Counted from the stretch's first letter, positions 43,324 to 53,456 are shown. The stretch: 64,000 nucleotides of DNA from Terriglobia bacterium (GCA_963841675.1 CAWJEH010000017.1:95229-159228); one strand, 5' to 3'. A program made the numbers and translations. Notes: generated by a model from the sequence alone, not told the origin.

Positions 43324-44298
43324 TTACTTGCGATCAGAGCTGGAATGCTGACCCACCAGCAAAGTGGAGCATTTCGACAGGAGAGCCGCTCTTTGCTCCC
43401 AGCCGACAACCAGAAACATGCCCAGAACGAGTCCGAGCAGTAGCCATACAAGGCTTCGGAATGCAGGAAAAACTCGTGGGCTGGGTGTCCGTACGCGGGT
43501 AATCGCAAACCGCGAAACGGTAGGATTCGACGACGCGTCGCCGAATCCCACAAAGTCGGGGCCGGCGATGAAAACGACGCTCACATTGTCCTCTCCGCTT
43601 CGTTCTATAGCAGTAGCCACCAACTCGTTAGCTGTCTTTTCTGGGTCGTCTTTGAACCGTCCGGCGATAGCCGTGATCTCGGCCGCTGTCAAAGCGTCAC
43701 TGATACCGTCCGTGCACAGCAGCAGCGCCTTATCAGGAAGAAATGTCTGGCTCTCTATTTCCACGAAGTCCGGATCGTCATGGCGACGCCAGAGAGAACC
43801 AACATCCCGAAAGACCTCGTGCCGGCGCGGGTGGCGCATCGCCTCGTATTCGTCGAGCGATCCAAGATCCTCCTGCTCGCCAACGGGAGAGTGGTCAGCA
43901 GTGAGCTTCCGGAGGAGTCCATCTTCGAGCAGATAAAGCCGCGAATCGCCTACATGGCCCCACGTCACGCAATCGTTTCGGACCACCGCGACGGTTAGCA
44001 CACAGGACATGCCCTGCAAAGTGGGATCCTTCCGAGCCATCGATAAGATGAGGTTGTTCGCTTCCGTGATGGCGCAGCGAATGGCACCAGATAGGTCGTC
44101 TTGCCGCGTCAGCAGCGCGTGGTGGATTGCGTTCAGGGCAGTTTCGGCGGCAGTGGCTCCGGCGGCGTGTCCACCCATGCCGTCCACCACTAGAAAAATG
44201 CCGTTCGCTACATCCGCGAGCACGCGATCTTCATTTGTATCCCGTCGCAGCCCGACGTGGGTTGCGGTCGCTGCTCGAAGAGCCGTGGCGGTATTCAC
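43324..44298 (-). CDS. PP2C-family Ser/Thr phosphatase with C-terminal membrane anchor (PstP-like)
   Basis: 324 aa. PP2C blocks are GLRRDTNEDR, FLVVDGMGGHAAG, GDSRLYL and LLCTDGISD. The C-terminal TM is LVWLLLGLVLGMFLVVGW. Confidence 0.9.
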   Translation of the reverse strand: MNTATALRAATATHVGLRRDTNEDRVLADVANGIFLVVDGMGGHAAGATAAETALNAIHHALLTRQDDLSGAIRCAITEANNLILSMARKDPTLQGMSCVLTVAVVRNDCVTWGHVGDSRLYLLEDGLLRKLTADHSPVGEQEDLGSLDEYEAMRHPRRHEVFRDVGSLWRRHDDPDFVEIESQTFLPDKALLLCTDGISDALTAAEITAIAGRFKDDPEKTANELVATAIERSGEDNVSVVFIAGPDFVGFGDASSNPTVSRFAITRVRTPSPRVFPAFRSLVWLLLGLVLGMFLVVGWEQRAALLSKCSTLLVGQHSSSDRK

Positions 44299-44391
44299 GC
44301 TATCTCCTTTTAGCTAAATTGGTCCAAGCGAAGCCTGCCACGAAGAGCAAGAACAAAGCTACAAACGGGACGTGTGCCAAATAGAAAAGCT

Positions 44392-45210
44392 TCATGCGCT
44401 TACTTCGAAAGCCAAATTGACCACTTCACCGAGACCGATGCGAGCACGCCCGGGCAGAGGGTCCTCTACTCCCTTGCGTAACCGTTTACCATTCAGCCAA
44501 GTGCCGTTGGTACTTGCATCCACAATCGAGAAGGCTCCCGTCGCCGGATCACGACGAATGATTACATGCTCGCGAGAAATCTCGTCCGTTGTGTGGAGCG
44601 CGAGCTCAACCGGCTGCCCGTCGCCGCCCCGCCCGATCCGAACCTGGTTTCTCGTGACGAGATAAGTCTGGGGACCTGAGTCATCCTGGTAATGGATAAC
44701 TGCATATACGGGCTCCGCCAAGTGATGCTGAGCTTTGCGGCGTTCGGTTATGCGCTGGGTTGCGGACGGTTCACGACCGATCAAAGTTGTTTTCGTGCCG
44801 CGGAAGCCCGGCGGCGGAGCTTCGTTCAGTTCCGAATGGATCTCTACGTCACCGGGCGGCACTTCAGGATCCGGTAGAAAATCGATATCCCACTCCCGGC
44901 AGGCGATTTTATGTTCTTTGGCAACCCCGGCACGACGACGCCGCGCGAAAGGAACCGATGCGTGGTTCAATTCAGCCACCCGAGCCCGCAGCGCTTTGCG
45001 GGCGTCCTCAATAACAAGGTCCAACACTCCACTAAGCGTTGAAAAATCGGTAGGGTTCAGGTAGACGGTAAAAACGCAGGGCAAGAGAACGGCGTAGGCC
45101 ATCTCAAATCGGCCCACTTCCATGTTCCGGATCAGTTCACTGACAACAATATTGCCGTTTAATCTGGGCGGCCCGATATGCTCGTCGAGACTACTGTTGC
45201 CTTGCGCCAA
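44392..45210 (-). CDS. FhaA-like protein: DUF3662-type N-domain plus FHA domain (first gene of the operon)
   Basis: 272 aa with a TTG start. The N-domain reads FEMAYAVLLPCVFTVYLNPTDF. The C-terminal FHA reads VRIGRGGDGQPVELALHTTDEISREHVIIRRDPATGAFSIVDASTNGTWLNGKRL. Confidence 0.85.
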   Translation of the reverse strand: MAQGNSSLDEHIGPPRLNGNIVVSELIRNMEVGRFEMAYAVLLPCVFTVYLNPTDFSTLSGVLDLVIEDARKALRARVAELNHASVPFARRRRAGVAKEHKIACREWDIDFLPDPEVPPGDVEIHSELNEAPPPGFRGTKTTLIGREPSATQRITERRKAQHHLAEPVYAVIHYQDDSGPQTYLVTRNQVRIGRGGDGQPVELALHTTDEISREHVIIRRDPATGAFSIVDASTNGTWLNGKRLRKGVEDPLPGRARIGLGEVVNLAFEVSA

Positions 45211-45411
45211 GCATTGTTCCTTTCTTTGAAGTCTATCGCTGAGACGCTGCTAGTGACCGTGGACAAATCGTACCTCAGTTTACGCGAGCCGGAAATTTGG
45301 GTTCATTCGGCCTAGGACGCGACCGAGTGTGAGGCACTTGACAGCGTTGTTAGACTGGCTACTTGGGAGGCTGTGGAGCCGGTTTTTTTACTTTTGGCTC
45401 CGCGTTTTTAG

Positions 45412-45708
45412 GTGTACGATACGGATTCAGCATCTCGCAGCATGATTGGCCGTGACGAGTTCGATCCGCTAGCTCCACAGAGGGAGGCAGCGATCTTTTA
45501 CGGCCTCTTTTTGCGCGGCCACTCAGCCGAGGATTTGCGCCGGGATATAGACGTGCCGCGGCCATTGCTGAACAAATGGCTGCATCCGCGGCGTTACGAA
45601 GCGGGCTTTAGAAACTCCCTACGCCAGATGTACACGTATCGAAAGAGAGTATTAGCAATCTTCGACGAGCTCGTACTCAAAGAAAAGTTCCGCCCGCGCG
45701 TCAACTAG
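45412..45708 (+). CDS. hypothetical small protein (weak call)
   Basis: 98-aa ORF with a GTG start (internal ATG at 45442). Its composition is plausible (DEFDPLAPQREAAIFYGLFLRGHSAEDLRRDIDVPRPLLNKWL, possibly HTH-like). I recognised no family. It is divergent from the FHA operon. Confidence 0.35.
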   Translation: MYDTDSASRSMIGRDEFDPLAPQREAAIFYGLFLRGHSAEDLRRDIDVPRPLLNKWLHPRRYEAGFRNSLRQMYTYRKRVLAIFDELVLKEKFRPRVN

Positions 45709-46206
45709 GTTCCGACCGCGTCTAGCAAGTCTCTCACCCACAGCTGCCTTTGCACACCGCAACGGTTCCAAATCCGTAAAGCGTAGGGGCTATTTCCCGC
45801 ATGGCTGTGCTATGTTGCTGCCGAACCGCGGAAAATATGCAGTCCAGACTTTACCGGGCGACGTTACATTTTTTCCAGCTTTTGTTGAGAATTTCGGTCT
45901 CTGAAGCAACCTACACACAGCAGGAGGCCAGAAAGTAAGTTTGGGGCTTGAATTGCTAAGCGAATGTGTTATGATTCGGAAATCCGAAAAGCGTCGGCTT
46001 ATCGGAAGAGAGCTATCTGGCGTAAGAAACTCGCTTCCCGGCTCGTGCGTCGCAGAGTCTTACGTGCCAGCAATTACTTTCACCCGGCCCGTTACGACAG
46101 GTACTATACCGCCGCTGACAAGTGGTGAGTTGTTTGTGAGATCGGTCATGAACCTTTTGGTGGGACGCTACGTCTAAACGGGTGACATGGCCATTCCGAA
46201 TTTGTT

Positions 46207-46629
46207 TTGAGTGGGCAAAAGATGGCCGATAAGAAGGAGATGGAAATGACGAAGAACGAAATGAACAAATTTAAAAAGATCCTGGAGGCGAAGCAGGACG
46301 AGCTGGAGCGCATAGTTCGGAATCGCGATGCAATCGCCATCGAAAAGAGTGCAGACGCGCTCGACGAAGTGCAGCACGCTTCCGAGCGTGAACTCGCGAT
46401 TCGAAATCTCGACCGCGAGTCGAACCTTCTGAGGAATGTGCGTTCAGCGCTCCGTCGTATAGAGGACGGATCGTTTGGCACTTGTCTTCACTGCGAAGAG
46501 GAAATTAGTCCCAAGCGACTAGCGGCAGTGCCGTGGGCGCCGTACTGTATTCAGTGCCAAGAGCAAGCTGATCGTCGTCAATCCGAAGGTGAAGAAACGT
46601 TCGACGATATTCTCGTCAACGCCGCTTAA
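46207..46629 (+). CDS. DksA/TraR-family C4 zinc-finger protein
   Basis: A coiled-coil N-half is followed by the zinc-finger block GSFGTCLHCEEEISPKRLAAVPWAPYCIQCQE. The start is probably ATG 46222 (MADKKEM) rather than TTG 46207. Confidence 0.85.
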   Translation: MSGQKMADKKEMEMTKNEMNKFKKILEAKQDELERIVRNRDAIAIEKSADALDEVQHASERELAIRNLDRESNLLRNVRSALRRIEDGSFGTCLHCEEEISPKRLAAVPWAPYCIQCQEQADRRQSEGEETFDDILVNAA

Positions 46630-46654
46630 TTTCCACTTCTTACAAACCACTCAC

Positions 46655-46692
46655 AAGGCGCAAGCGCTTCGCTTGCGCCTTCTTTTATTCTT
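46655..46692 (+). terminator. Rho-independent terminator downstream of the DksA/TraR gene
   Basis: A perfect 12-bp stem, AAGGCGCAAGCG - CTT - CGCTTGCGCCTT, is followed by CTTTTATTCTT. Confidence 0.8.
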
Positions 46693-46772
46693 AGAGTCGA
46701 ATCCCGTAACTTCAGACTAATCTTCTGCGCCCTGCACAGAGAGGCTCACGAGTTTGGGCTTCGGGAACTTCC

Positions 46773-47948
46773 ATGGCCAATCTATTTTTCGGACTGGCAT
46801 TTGGCGGTGTAGCTCTTTGTGCCATAGCCGTCGCGCAGAGTCCTCAGGCAGCACCCGCCAAACCCACCGAGCACCTAATCGGTACCGTAGTCTCTGCTAA
46901 TCCCGGTGCACACACGATTACCGTTAAAGATGACAAATCGGGGGCAGAGACAGTCATCTTATTGGCGGAGACGAAGACGCTCCTGAAGGTTCCTCCGGGG
47001 GCCAAGGATCTCAAGAGCGCCATGCGTATCACTTCCGATCAGCTCGCCACAGGAGACCGGGTCGACATCCGCGGGTTCAAAGCTACTGATGATCCTAATA
47101 AGGTCGCGGCGCGAAGCGTGGTTCTGATGTCAGCGCGCGAACTGCAGGTCGCTCACGAGGCTCAAGCGGCCGAGTGGCAGCATGCCACAAGTGGTGTGGT
47201 CACCGAAATCGACTCCGCGTCAGGGAAAATCACAATTCGTGAGCGAACTCCGCAGGGCCCGGCGCAGGCGATTCTGCAGATTTCTCCCCAGACGGAATTT
47301 TCCCGCTACTCACCCGAAGCTCCAGGCAAGACATCTTCTTCCAATCTCTCCCAAATCGAGCCGGGAGATCAGGTTCAGGTGATCGGCGATAAGAGTCAGG
47401 ACGGTACGGCTATTTCTGCCCGAAAGATTTATTCAGCCGCCTTCCGAACTGTCAACGGAACCGTGATCTCGATCGGGAGCGATGGGAAACAACTTACTCT
47501 AAAAGATCTCGCCACTAAAAAGCCAATGGAGATTGAGCTTGCGGACGACACAAAAATTCATAGATTGCCTCCGGAACTGGCGATGCGGTTGGCGAGACGT
47601 TTGAACCCGTCGGCCCGGCAAGAAGTACCACCTGCCGGAAGCGCCGGCCAGCGCGCGCCAGCACCGAATGGCACAGGTGCTCCCGCTGGAGAAGGCATGC
47701 GCGGCCCTCGTAATGGCGATATCTCTCAGATGATCGAACGACTGCCAAAGATTAATCTGGCGGATCTGAAACCCGGCGACGCTGTTGTTGTCTCGGGAAT
47801 CGCGACCGGCGGAAATCATGGCCAGCTCGATGCGACCAACATCATCGCCGGGGTCGAGCCCATCCTGCAGTCTGCGCCCGCGCGCCGGGGCGGAGAAGCC
47901 CTGGGAGGGGACTGGGGACTCAGTGAAATGGAAGCTCCGCAACAGTAG
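46773..47948 (+). CDS. secreted protein with three tandem ~90-aa beta-rich repeats (DUF5666-like)
   Basis: The signal peptide is MANLFFGLAFGGVALCAIAVAQS. The repeats begin GTVVSANPGAHTITVKDD..., SGVVTEIDSASGKITIRE... and NGTVISIGSDGKQLTLKD..., each ending with a GD.V.V/I motif. Confidence 0.7.
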   Translation: MANLFFGLAFGGVALCAIAVAQSPQAAPAKPTEHLIGTVVSANPGAHTITVKDDKSGAETVILLAETKTLLKVPPGAKDLKSAMRITSDQLATGDRVDIRGFKATDDPNKVAARSVVLMSARELQVAHEAQAAEWQHATSGVVTEIDSASGKITIRERTPQGPAQAILQISPQTEFSRYSPEAPGKTSSSNLSQIEPGDQVQVIGDKSQDGTAISARKIYSAAFRTVNGTVISIGSDGKQLTLKDLATKKPMEIELADDTKIHRLPPELAMRLARRLNPSARQEVPPAGSAGQRAPAPNGTGAPAGEGMRGPRNGDISQMIERLPKINLADLKPGDAVVVSGIATGGNHGQLDATNIIAGVEPILQSAPARRGGEALGGDWGLSEMEAPQQ

Positions 47949-47995
47949 TGACAGGCAGGAATCCTCCAGAAAAAATTTCGATTAACAGGAGTGGT

Positions 47996-50900
47996 ATGGG
48001 TTTTAGCAGTATCAGTGTGCTGATTCTTGGATTGATTTTTTCAGGCTTTCTTGACGCACAGAGCAATCCACCGCAGACGGGACGGCCAACTCAGACCGCC
48101 GGAACACGTTCGCAAGCCTCGGGTAACGGCGTGATCAGAGGCACCGTAAAGGACGCTACCGGGGCTATTATACCGGGAGCTCAAGTCACACTAACGGACG
48201 CCAATAACACAACTCAGGTAACGACAACGCGAGGCGATGGAGGCTACATCTTCAGGGGTGTGGCTCCGGGCGTCTACAGTATCAGCACTACTTTTACTGG
48301 AATGCAGCAGCAAACTCCAATAGCCGTCAGTGTGGCAGATGGGCAGTCGGCATCAGCGAATATTGTCATGAACGTTCAGACACAGAAACAGGAAGTTACG
48401 GTCACCGACACAAATACCAACGTGATCAGCACTGAAGCTGCAAATAACGCAAGTGCGCTCGTGTTGAAACCTGAAGATCTGGATGCCCTGCCCGACGACC
48501 CCGACGATCTCCAAGCGGACTTGACGGCGCTTGCAGGTCCATCCGCTGGCCCGGGCGGGAATCAGATATACATAGATGGTTTCACTGGCGGCCGCCTGCC
48601 GCCTAAGGAATCAATCCGGGAGATCCGCATCAATTCCAATCCTTTTTCCGCCGAATTCGACAAGCTTGGTTATGGCCGTATTCAGATTTTCACCAAGCCT
48701 GGTTCGGATAAATTCCATGGCCAAGGCTATTACACAATCAGCGATGGAGTCTGGAACTCTCGCAATCCGTTTCTGACAGTGAACCCGCCATTCAAAACGC
48801 AGCTTTTTGGCGGCAACGTAAGCGGACCCATCACCAAGCACGCGAGCTTCTTCCTGGATGTCGAGCGGCGCAACATCGACGACAACGGCATCATCACGGC
48901 AACCATTCCCACGCCTGATTTGTTCGGCCACTATTCTTATCAGAGCTACTACTCGACACCTCAGCGCCGCACGACGGTCAGCCCACGCATCGACTATCAG
49001 CTTGGCGCCAACAATACCTTGAGCTTTCGCTATGGCTATCTCGCCAACGACCATATCGTCACCGGAATCGGCGCGTTCGATTTGCCAGCGCTGACTGTGG
49101 GCACCCTTAATTATCCGAGCGCCGGGTACAGTTCATCGAACCCCGAGCAAACGTTCCAAGCCGTCGATACTGCCGTCCTCAACGCGAAAACTGTCAACGA
49201 AACGCACTTCCACTACGATCGGGAGTCAATGTCATACGCAAGTGAAAGCACGGCCCCACAACTATCGGTCGCGCAGTCGTTTACGGCGGGCGGCTCCGGT
49301 TACAGCGCAGTCACCCCGAACGGCACTTACGCGGGCAGTTACGACGTACAAAATGGCTACGAACTGCAGAATTATACGTCGGTGATATGGGGCGCGCATA
49401 CAACCAAATTCGGTATCAGGATCAGAGCCGACAATCTTTCTGATTCCAGCCCCAAAGGTTTCAACGGCACATACTTCTTCAACGGCGGAACATTCCCGGA
49501 ACTCGACCCGAATACGCTTACTCCGATTCCCGGTAAGACCGTCCAATTGCAATCTATCGATCAATATCTGCTGACAGTTCAGCTCCTGAACAAGGGCATT
49601 CCTAGCGCAATGGTTACGGCGATGGGGTATGGGCCATCCAAATACACCGTGAATGCCGGTAATCCGTATCTCAGCTTTTATCAGATGGACTTTGGTCCAT
49701 TCGTACAAGATGACTGGAAAGTCCGTCCGAATCTCACGTTGAGCGTAGGACTGCGCTGGGAAGCTCAGAACAACATCAACGATAAGAACGATTGGGCGCC
49801 GCGCTTCGGCTTCGCGTGGTCTCCGGATGCAAAAGGCGGTCGCGGAAGAGCGAAGACTGTGATCCGTGGGGGATGGGGCTATTTCTACGACCGTTTCGCC
49901 ATTACCAACGTCGAGACAGCCTACCGTTACAACCAGCAGGTAGGTGGGCAAACATCATACACGCAGAACTTTCCGGCAATCTACAACGCCGCGTTCGACA
50001 CGATGGTCCCCATGGCCGATTTGACGGCCGAGACGGCTCAGCGGTACCAGATTGACCGCTCGCTCAAAGCGCCGCGATTGATGCAGACTGCTGTGTCCGT
50101 CGAGCGCCAACTATTCAGCCATACCACTTTCAATGCGAATTACGTCAGCTCGCGCGGCACACATGAATTGCGCACAGTCGATATCAACGCTCCAATTCCG
50201 GTACCGGGTGAACTTCCACCCGGAGCGCCGGGCTCACTTGTGCCGATCGTGAGGCCTTACGGCAACATTGGAGACATTTACAATTTCGAATCCGATGGCA
50301 TCTATAAGCAGACACAAGTAATTCTGGGCGTTAACAGCCAGGTGGGCAAATGGCTCACGCTGTTCAGCCGCTACACCTATGCCAACGCGCACAGCGATAC
50401 CGATGGCCTCTCGACATTACCCGCCAATCCCTACAATTTCGCGGAAGACTGGGGGCGTTCGTCACTGAACATCCGACAGAACCTATTTTTTGGCGGTTCC
50501 CTCCGGGCGCGATGGGGACTTCGCTTTTCACCGTTCCTTGTGATGCACAGCGGCATCCCGTATAACATCACGACCGGCACGGATTTGTTTTTGCAGGGAT
50601 CGGGAACGCCGACCGCCCGTCCTGAAATCGTGAACTACGTAACTCCCTACGACACGCCGTTTGGCTATTTGAATCCCGACCCGGTTGTAGCGGCACCGGG
50701 AACATCAAACCTGATCGAACGAAATTCTGCAATCGGGCCAGGCTTCATTGGATTGAACCTGCGCGTCAGTAAGACCTGGGGTTTCGGCACAACAAAATTC
50801 TCGGGGCCATCCGGAGGAGCACGCGCTGGCGGTCACGGTTATGGCCGCGGCGGATTCGGAGGGGGCGAGACAACCGAACACCGCTACAACCTCACACTCG

Positions 50901-51067
50901 GCGTTAACGCCCGTAACATTCTGAATCATGAAAACCTGAATACTCCAAACGGCGCTCTGACATCGCCCTACTTCATGCAATCAACCGGAATCACTGGAGG
51001 TTACGGCGCGGAGTCGACGGCCAGTAATCAACGGCGGCTGGACCTGCAGCTTCGCTTTTCGTTCTAA
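47996..51067 (+). CDS. TonB-dependent receptor-like outer-membrane protein with N-terminal carboxypeptidase-regulatory-like domain
   Basis: The start is ATG 47996 (AGGAG upstream) with signal peptide MGFSSISVLILGLIFSGFLDAQS. The CarboxypepD_reg block is GVIRGTVKDATGAIIPGAQVTLTDANNTTQVTTTRGDGGYIFRGVAPGVYSIS. The plug-like block is IYIDGF. A long beta-barrel ends in the terminal LDLQLRFSF. Confidence 0.85.
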   Translation: MGFSSISVLILGLIFSGFLDAQSNPPQTGRPTQTAGTRSQASGNGVIRGTVKDATGAIIPGAQVTLTDANNTTQVTTTRGDGGYIFRGVAPGVYSISTTFTGMQQQTPIAVSVADGQSASANIVMNVQTQKQEVTVTDTNTNVISTEAANNASALVLKPEDLDALPDDPDDLQADLTALAGPSAGPGGNQIYIDGFTGGRLPPKESIREIRINSNPFSAEFDKLGYGRIQIFTKPGSDKFHGQGYYTISDGVWNSRNPFLTVNPPFKTQLFGGNVSGPITKHASFFLDVERRNIDDNGIITATIPTPDLFGHYSYQSYYSTPQRRTTVSPRIDYQLGANNTLSFRYGYLANDHIVTGIGAFDLPALTVGTLNYPSAGYSSSNPEQTFQAVDTAVLNAKTVNETHFHYDRESMSYASESTAPQLSVAQSFTAGGSGYSAVTPNGTYAGSYDVQNGYELQNYTSVIWGAHTTKFGIRIRADNLSDSSPKGFNGTYFFNGGTFPELDPNTLTPIPGKTVQLQSIDQYLLTVQLLNKGIPSAMVTAMGYGPSKYTVNAGNPYLSFYQMDFGPFVQDDWKVRPNLTLSVGLRWEAQNNINDKNDWAPRFGFAWSPDAKGGRGRAKTVIRGGWGYFYDRFAITNVETAYRYNQQVGGQTSYTQNFPAIYNAAFDTMVPMADLTAETAQRYQIDRSLKAPRLMQTAVSVERQLFSHTTFNANYVSSRGTHELRTVDINAPIPVPGELPPGAPGSLVPIVRPYGNIGDIYNFESDGIYKQTQVILGVNSQVGKWLTLFSRYTYANAHSDTDGLSTLPANPYNFAEDWGRSSLNIRQNLFFGGSLRARWGLRFSPFLVMHSGIPYNITTGTDLFLQGSGTPTARPEIVNYVTPYDTPFGYLNPDPVVAAPGTSNLIERNSAIGPGFIGLNLRVSKTWGFGTTKFSGPSGGARAGGHGYGRGGFGGGETTEHRYNLTLGVNARNILNHENLNTPNGALTSPYFMQSTGITGGYGAESTASNQRRLDLQLRFSF

Positions 51068-51085
51068 CGACCGGATGAGCGCAAA

Positions 51086-52087
51086 CTAAGCACTCGGGTG
51101 CGCCATTCGAATTAGAGCGAAGATTGCGGCAGAGACGAGCGCGGCGGCCGGTATTGTCAAAATCCAGGCAATGATGATATTCTGCGCGACCTGCCAACGC
51201 ACCGCTCGTACTCGCTGTATGGAACCTACACCAGCAATTGACCCAGCTACCACATGAGTGGTTGAAACGGGCAGTTTGAGCCAAGTGGCGAGCATAATGG
51301 AAATAGCGGCTCCGGTCTCCGCGCAGAATCCGCTACGCGGTTTCAGGCGAGTGAGCCTGGTTCCCAAAGTACGCACTACGCGCCAGCCGCCGCTAAGAGT
51401 TCCTAAACCCATAGCCGCGGCGGACGCGAGAATCACCCAATCTGGCACGTGAAAGCCACGCTGAAACCCACCCGCCACCAGAACCGCGGTGATTATGCCC
51501 ATGGTTTTCTGTGCATCGTTGGTGCCGTGCGCGCAGCTTAGCAGAGAAGCGGAAAAGAGTTGCGCGTGACGGAACAGGCGGTCCAAGCGCGCCGGCGTGG
51601 CTCGGCGAAAGGTCCAGTAAACGATCACCATTAAGAGATAGCCGAACAGGAACCCGAGCAAAGGTGCAAGTACGATGAACAAGACCGTGTTCGGCCATTT
51701 CCCGACAATCAGCGCGTGCTTGCCTGCTTTCGCGAGAGCCGCTCCGGCATATCCTCCGATCAAGGCATGAGAAGAGCTGACAGGCAGCCCAAGAAACCAA
51801 GTCACCAGGTTCCAGATGATGGCGCCGAGTAAACCGGCCAGGATGACGTAGGGCGTAACAATGCGTGGGTTCACAAATCCTTCGCCGACGGTCGCCGCGA
51901 CGCCGGTGCCAAGGAAGAAAGCCGCCAGAAAATTGAATACCGCCGCCAGGGCAACCGCCGCCAGGGGCGTTAAGACGCGCGTGGCCACAACTGTCGCCAC
52001 GGAATTTGCAGCGTCATGAAATCCATTCACAAAATCGAAGACGAGGGCTACACAAACTATGAGAACCACCAGTGCGGGAACGGACAT
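51086..52087 (-). CDS. pit: inorganic phosphate transporter, PiT family
   Basis: 333 aa. It begins FDFVNGFHDAANSVATVV and carries the second PiT repeat, CAHGTNDAQKTMGII. Confidence 0.9.
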   Translation of the reverse strand: MSVPALVVLIVCVALVFDFVNGFHDAANSVATVVATRVLTPLAAVALAAVFNFLAAFFLGTGVAATVGEGFVNPRIVTPYVILAGLLGAIIWNLVTWFLGLPVSSSHALIGGYAGAALAKAGKHALIVGKWPNTVLFIVLAPLLGFLFGYLLMVIVYWTFRRATPARLDRLFRHAQLFSASLLSCAHGTNDAQKTMGIITAVLVAGGFQRGFHVPDWVILASAAAMGLGTLSGGWRVVRTLGTRLTRLKPRSGFCAETGAAISIMLATWLKLPVSTTHVVAGSIAGVGSIQRVRAVRWQVAQNIIIAWILTIPAAALVSAAIFALIRMAHPSA

Positions 52088-52090
52088 GGA

Positions 52091-52705
52091 CTAGCTGTTT
52101 TTCACAGCTACGTTCTGTATCACGTCGGCAACGTCTTCGGAAAGATCGGTAGCATGCTCAAGAATCTCGATAATTTCCTTCTGCTTGATCAGCGTGATCG
52201 GATCTATATTCGAACTGAAGAGCTGGGCCACCAGGGTTCGTTCGATCACATCGGCTTCGTTTTCCAAACGATTCACCTCGATGCAATCTTCGAGCACGGG
52301 TCTCTTTTCACGTAGCGCTCGCAGCGCTCTGGCGAGCGCCTTAGTCGAGTTATCGATCATTTCACTTAGGCGGGCGGCGGCTTCAGGGATCGGATCTAGC
52401 CGGTACGCGACAATGCGGAAAGTAGCGTCTTCAATGGTGTCGAGAACGTTATCGAGACTCGTTGCCAACGTCTGAATGTCTTCCGGATCGAAAGGTGTTA
52501 TGAACGTAGTCTGAAGTTTGCGAAATATCTGATGAATGATTTCGTCAGCGGCTCGTTCGAGCGTCTCGATCTGTTTCGAGACGCCGGATACTCCCTCGTA
52601 GCCACCCTGCAAGCCGGCTCTTAGGAGTTCCGAGGCCTGGCAGAGAATGTTGACATGCTGCCCAAACAAGTCAAAGAACATCCCATCTTTTGGAAGAAGA
52701 TTCAT
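52091..52705 (-). CDS. DUF47-family (PhoU-like) protein associated with PiT
   Basis: I placed the start at ATG 52705 (MNLLPKDGMFFDLFGQH), which is typical for the family. It lies 3 nt upstream of the PiT gene. Confidence 0.85.
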   Translation of the reverse strand: MNLLPKDGMFFDLFGQHVNILCQASELLRAGLQGGYEGVSGVSKQIETLERAADEIIHQIFRKLQTTFITPFDPEDIQTLATSLDNVLDTIEDATFRIVAYRLDPIPEAAARLSEMIDNSTKALARALRALREKRPVLEDCIEVNRLENEADVIERTLVAQLFSSNIDPITLIKQKEIIEILEHATDLSEDVADVIQNVAVKNS

Positions 52706-52784
52706 ATCGCCGCGTTCCAGCATATCGCGCGGCCCAGGCGAAAGACCCGGCACATGCCACAACTTTGTGGTGTAGTCTTCAAAT

Positions 52785-53456
52785 ATGTATAAGCGTCTTG
52801 CACTGTTGCTGCTGACTGGAACATTGCTGGCGGCTGCCGCCTCCGGGGCCGAATGGAAACAGTTGTTTAACGGGAAGAATCTGGACGGCTGGAAGCATGT
52901 GGGTCCGGGCGGAATGACGGTAGAGAACGGAGTGATCCGTACGCATGGAGGAATGGGACTACTCTACTGGGCCGGCGGGAAACTGGGCGACTGCGTGATT
53001 CGGGTAGTATACAGAATGCGCGACGAGAACGATAATTCGGGCGTTTTTATTCGTATTCCGAGCGCACCTACCGAGCCTTGGATGCCGGTCAATAAGGGCT
53101 ATGAGGTACAGATCGACAACCATCCGGAGCGCGGCGGCGAAGACGAATATCACGTCACCGGTACACTCTACTCGCTCACTAAACCTCTCGCCAAACCGGG
53201 AAAGCCCGGCCCCGAGTGGAACACCATGGACATCACGCTAGACGGACCCCACACGATTGTCGAAGTCAACGGTCAGAAGGTCACTGACTATACCGAGGGT
53301 CAGCCAGTGCCGGCCAAGAAATTCGACTTCGAACCGAATCGCGGACGGCGACCCGATACGGGATACTTCGGCCTGCAGAATCACAGCGACAACGACATAG
53401 TGTTCTTCAAAGAAGTAGCTATCCGGCCGCTCAAAGCGGGCGCTTCGAGCGAATAG
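52785..53456 (+). CDS. DUF1080-family (3-keto-disaccharide hydrolase-like, concanavalin fold) secreted protein
   Basis: It has a signal peptide, then WKQLFNGKNLDGWKHVG...GLLYW...NSGVFIR...YEVQIDN...GLQNHS...VFFKEV. Confidence 0.85.
   Translation: MYKRLALLLLTGTLLAAAASGAEWKQLFNGKNLDGWKHVGPGGMTVENGVIRTHGGMGLLYWAGGKLGDCVIRVVYRMRDENDNSGVFIRIPSAPTEPWMPVNKGYEVQIDNHPERGGEDEYHVTGTLYSLTKPLAKPGKPGPEWNTMDITLDGPHTIVEVNGQKVTDYTEGQPVPAKKFDFEPNRGRRPDTGYFGLQNHSDNDIVFFKEVAIRPLKAGASSE

Noticed and set aside
45942-45956. A sigma54-like element, TGGGGCTTGAATTGC.
   Set aside because: It has correct spacing but lacks the conserved C after GG. It lies about 250 nt from the nearest start codon and has no TGT-N2-ACA sites upstream. 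The relaxed 7-base pattern is expected several times by chance in this window. I kept it only as a remark in the finding for 45709-46206.
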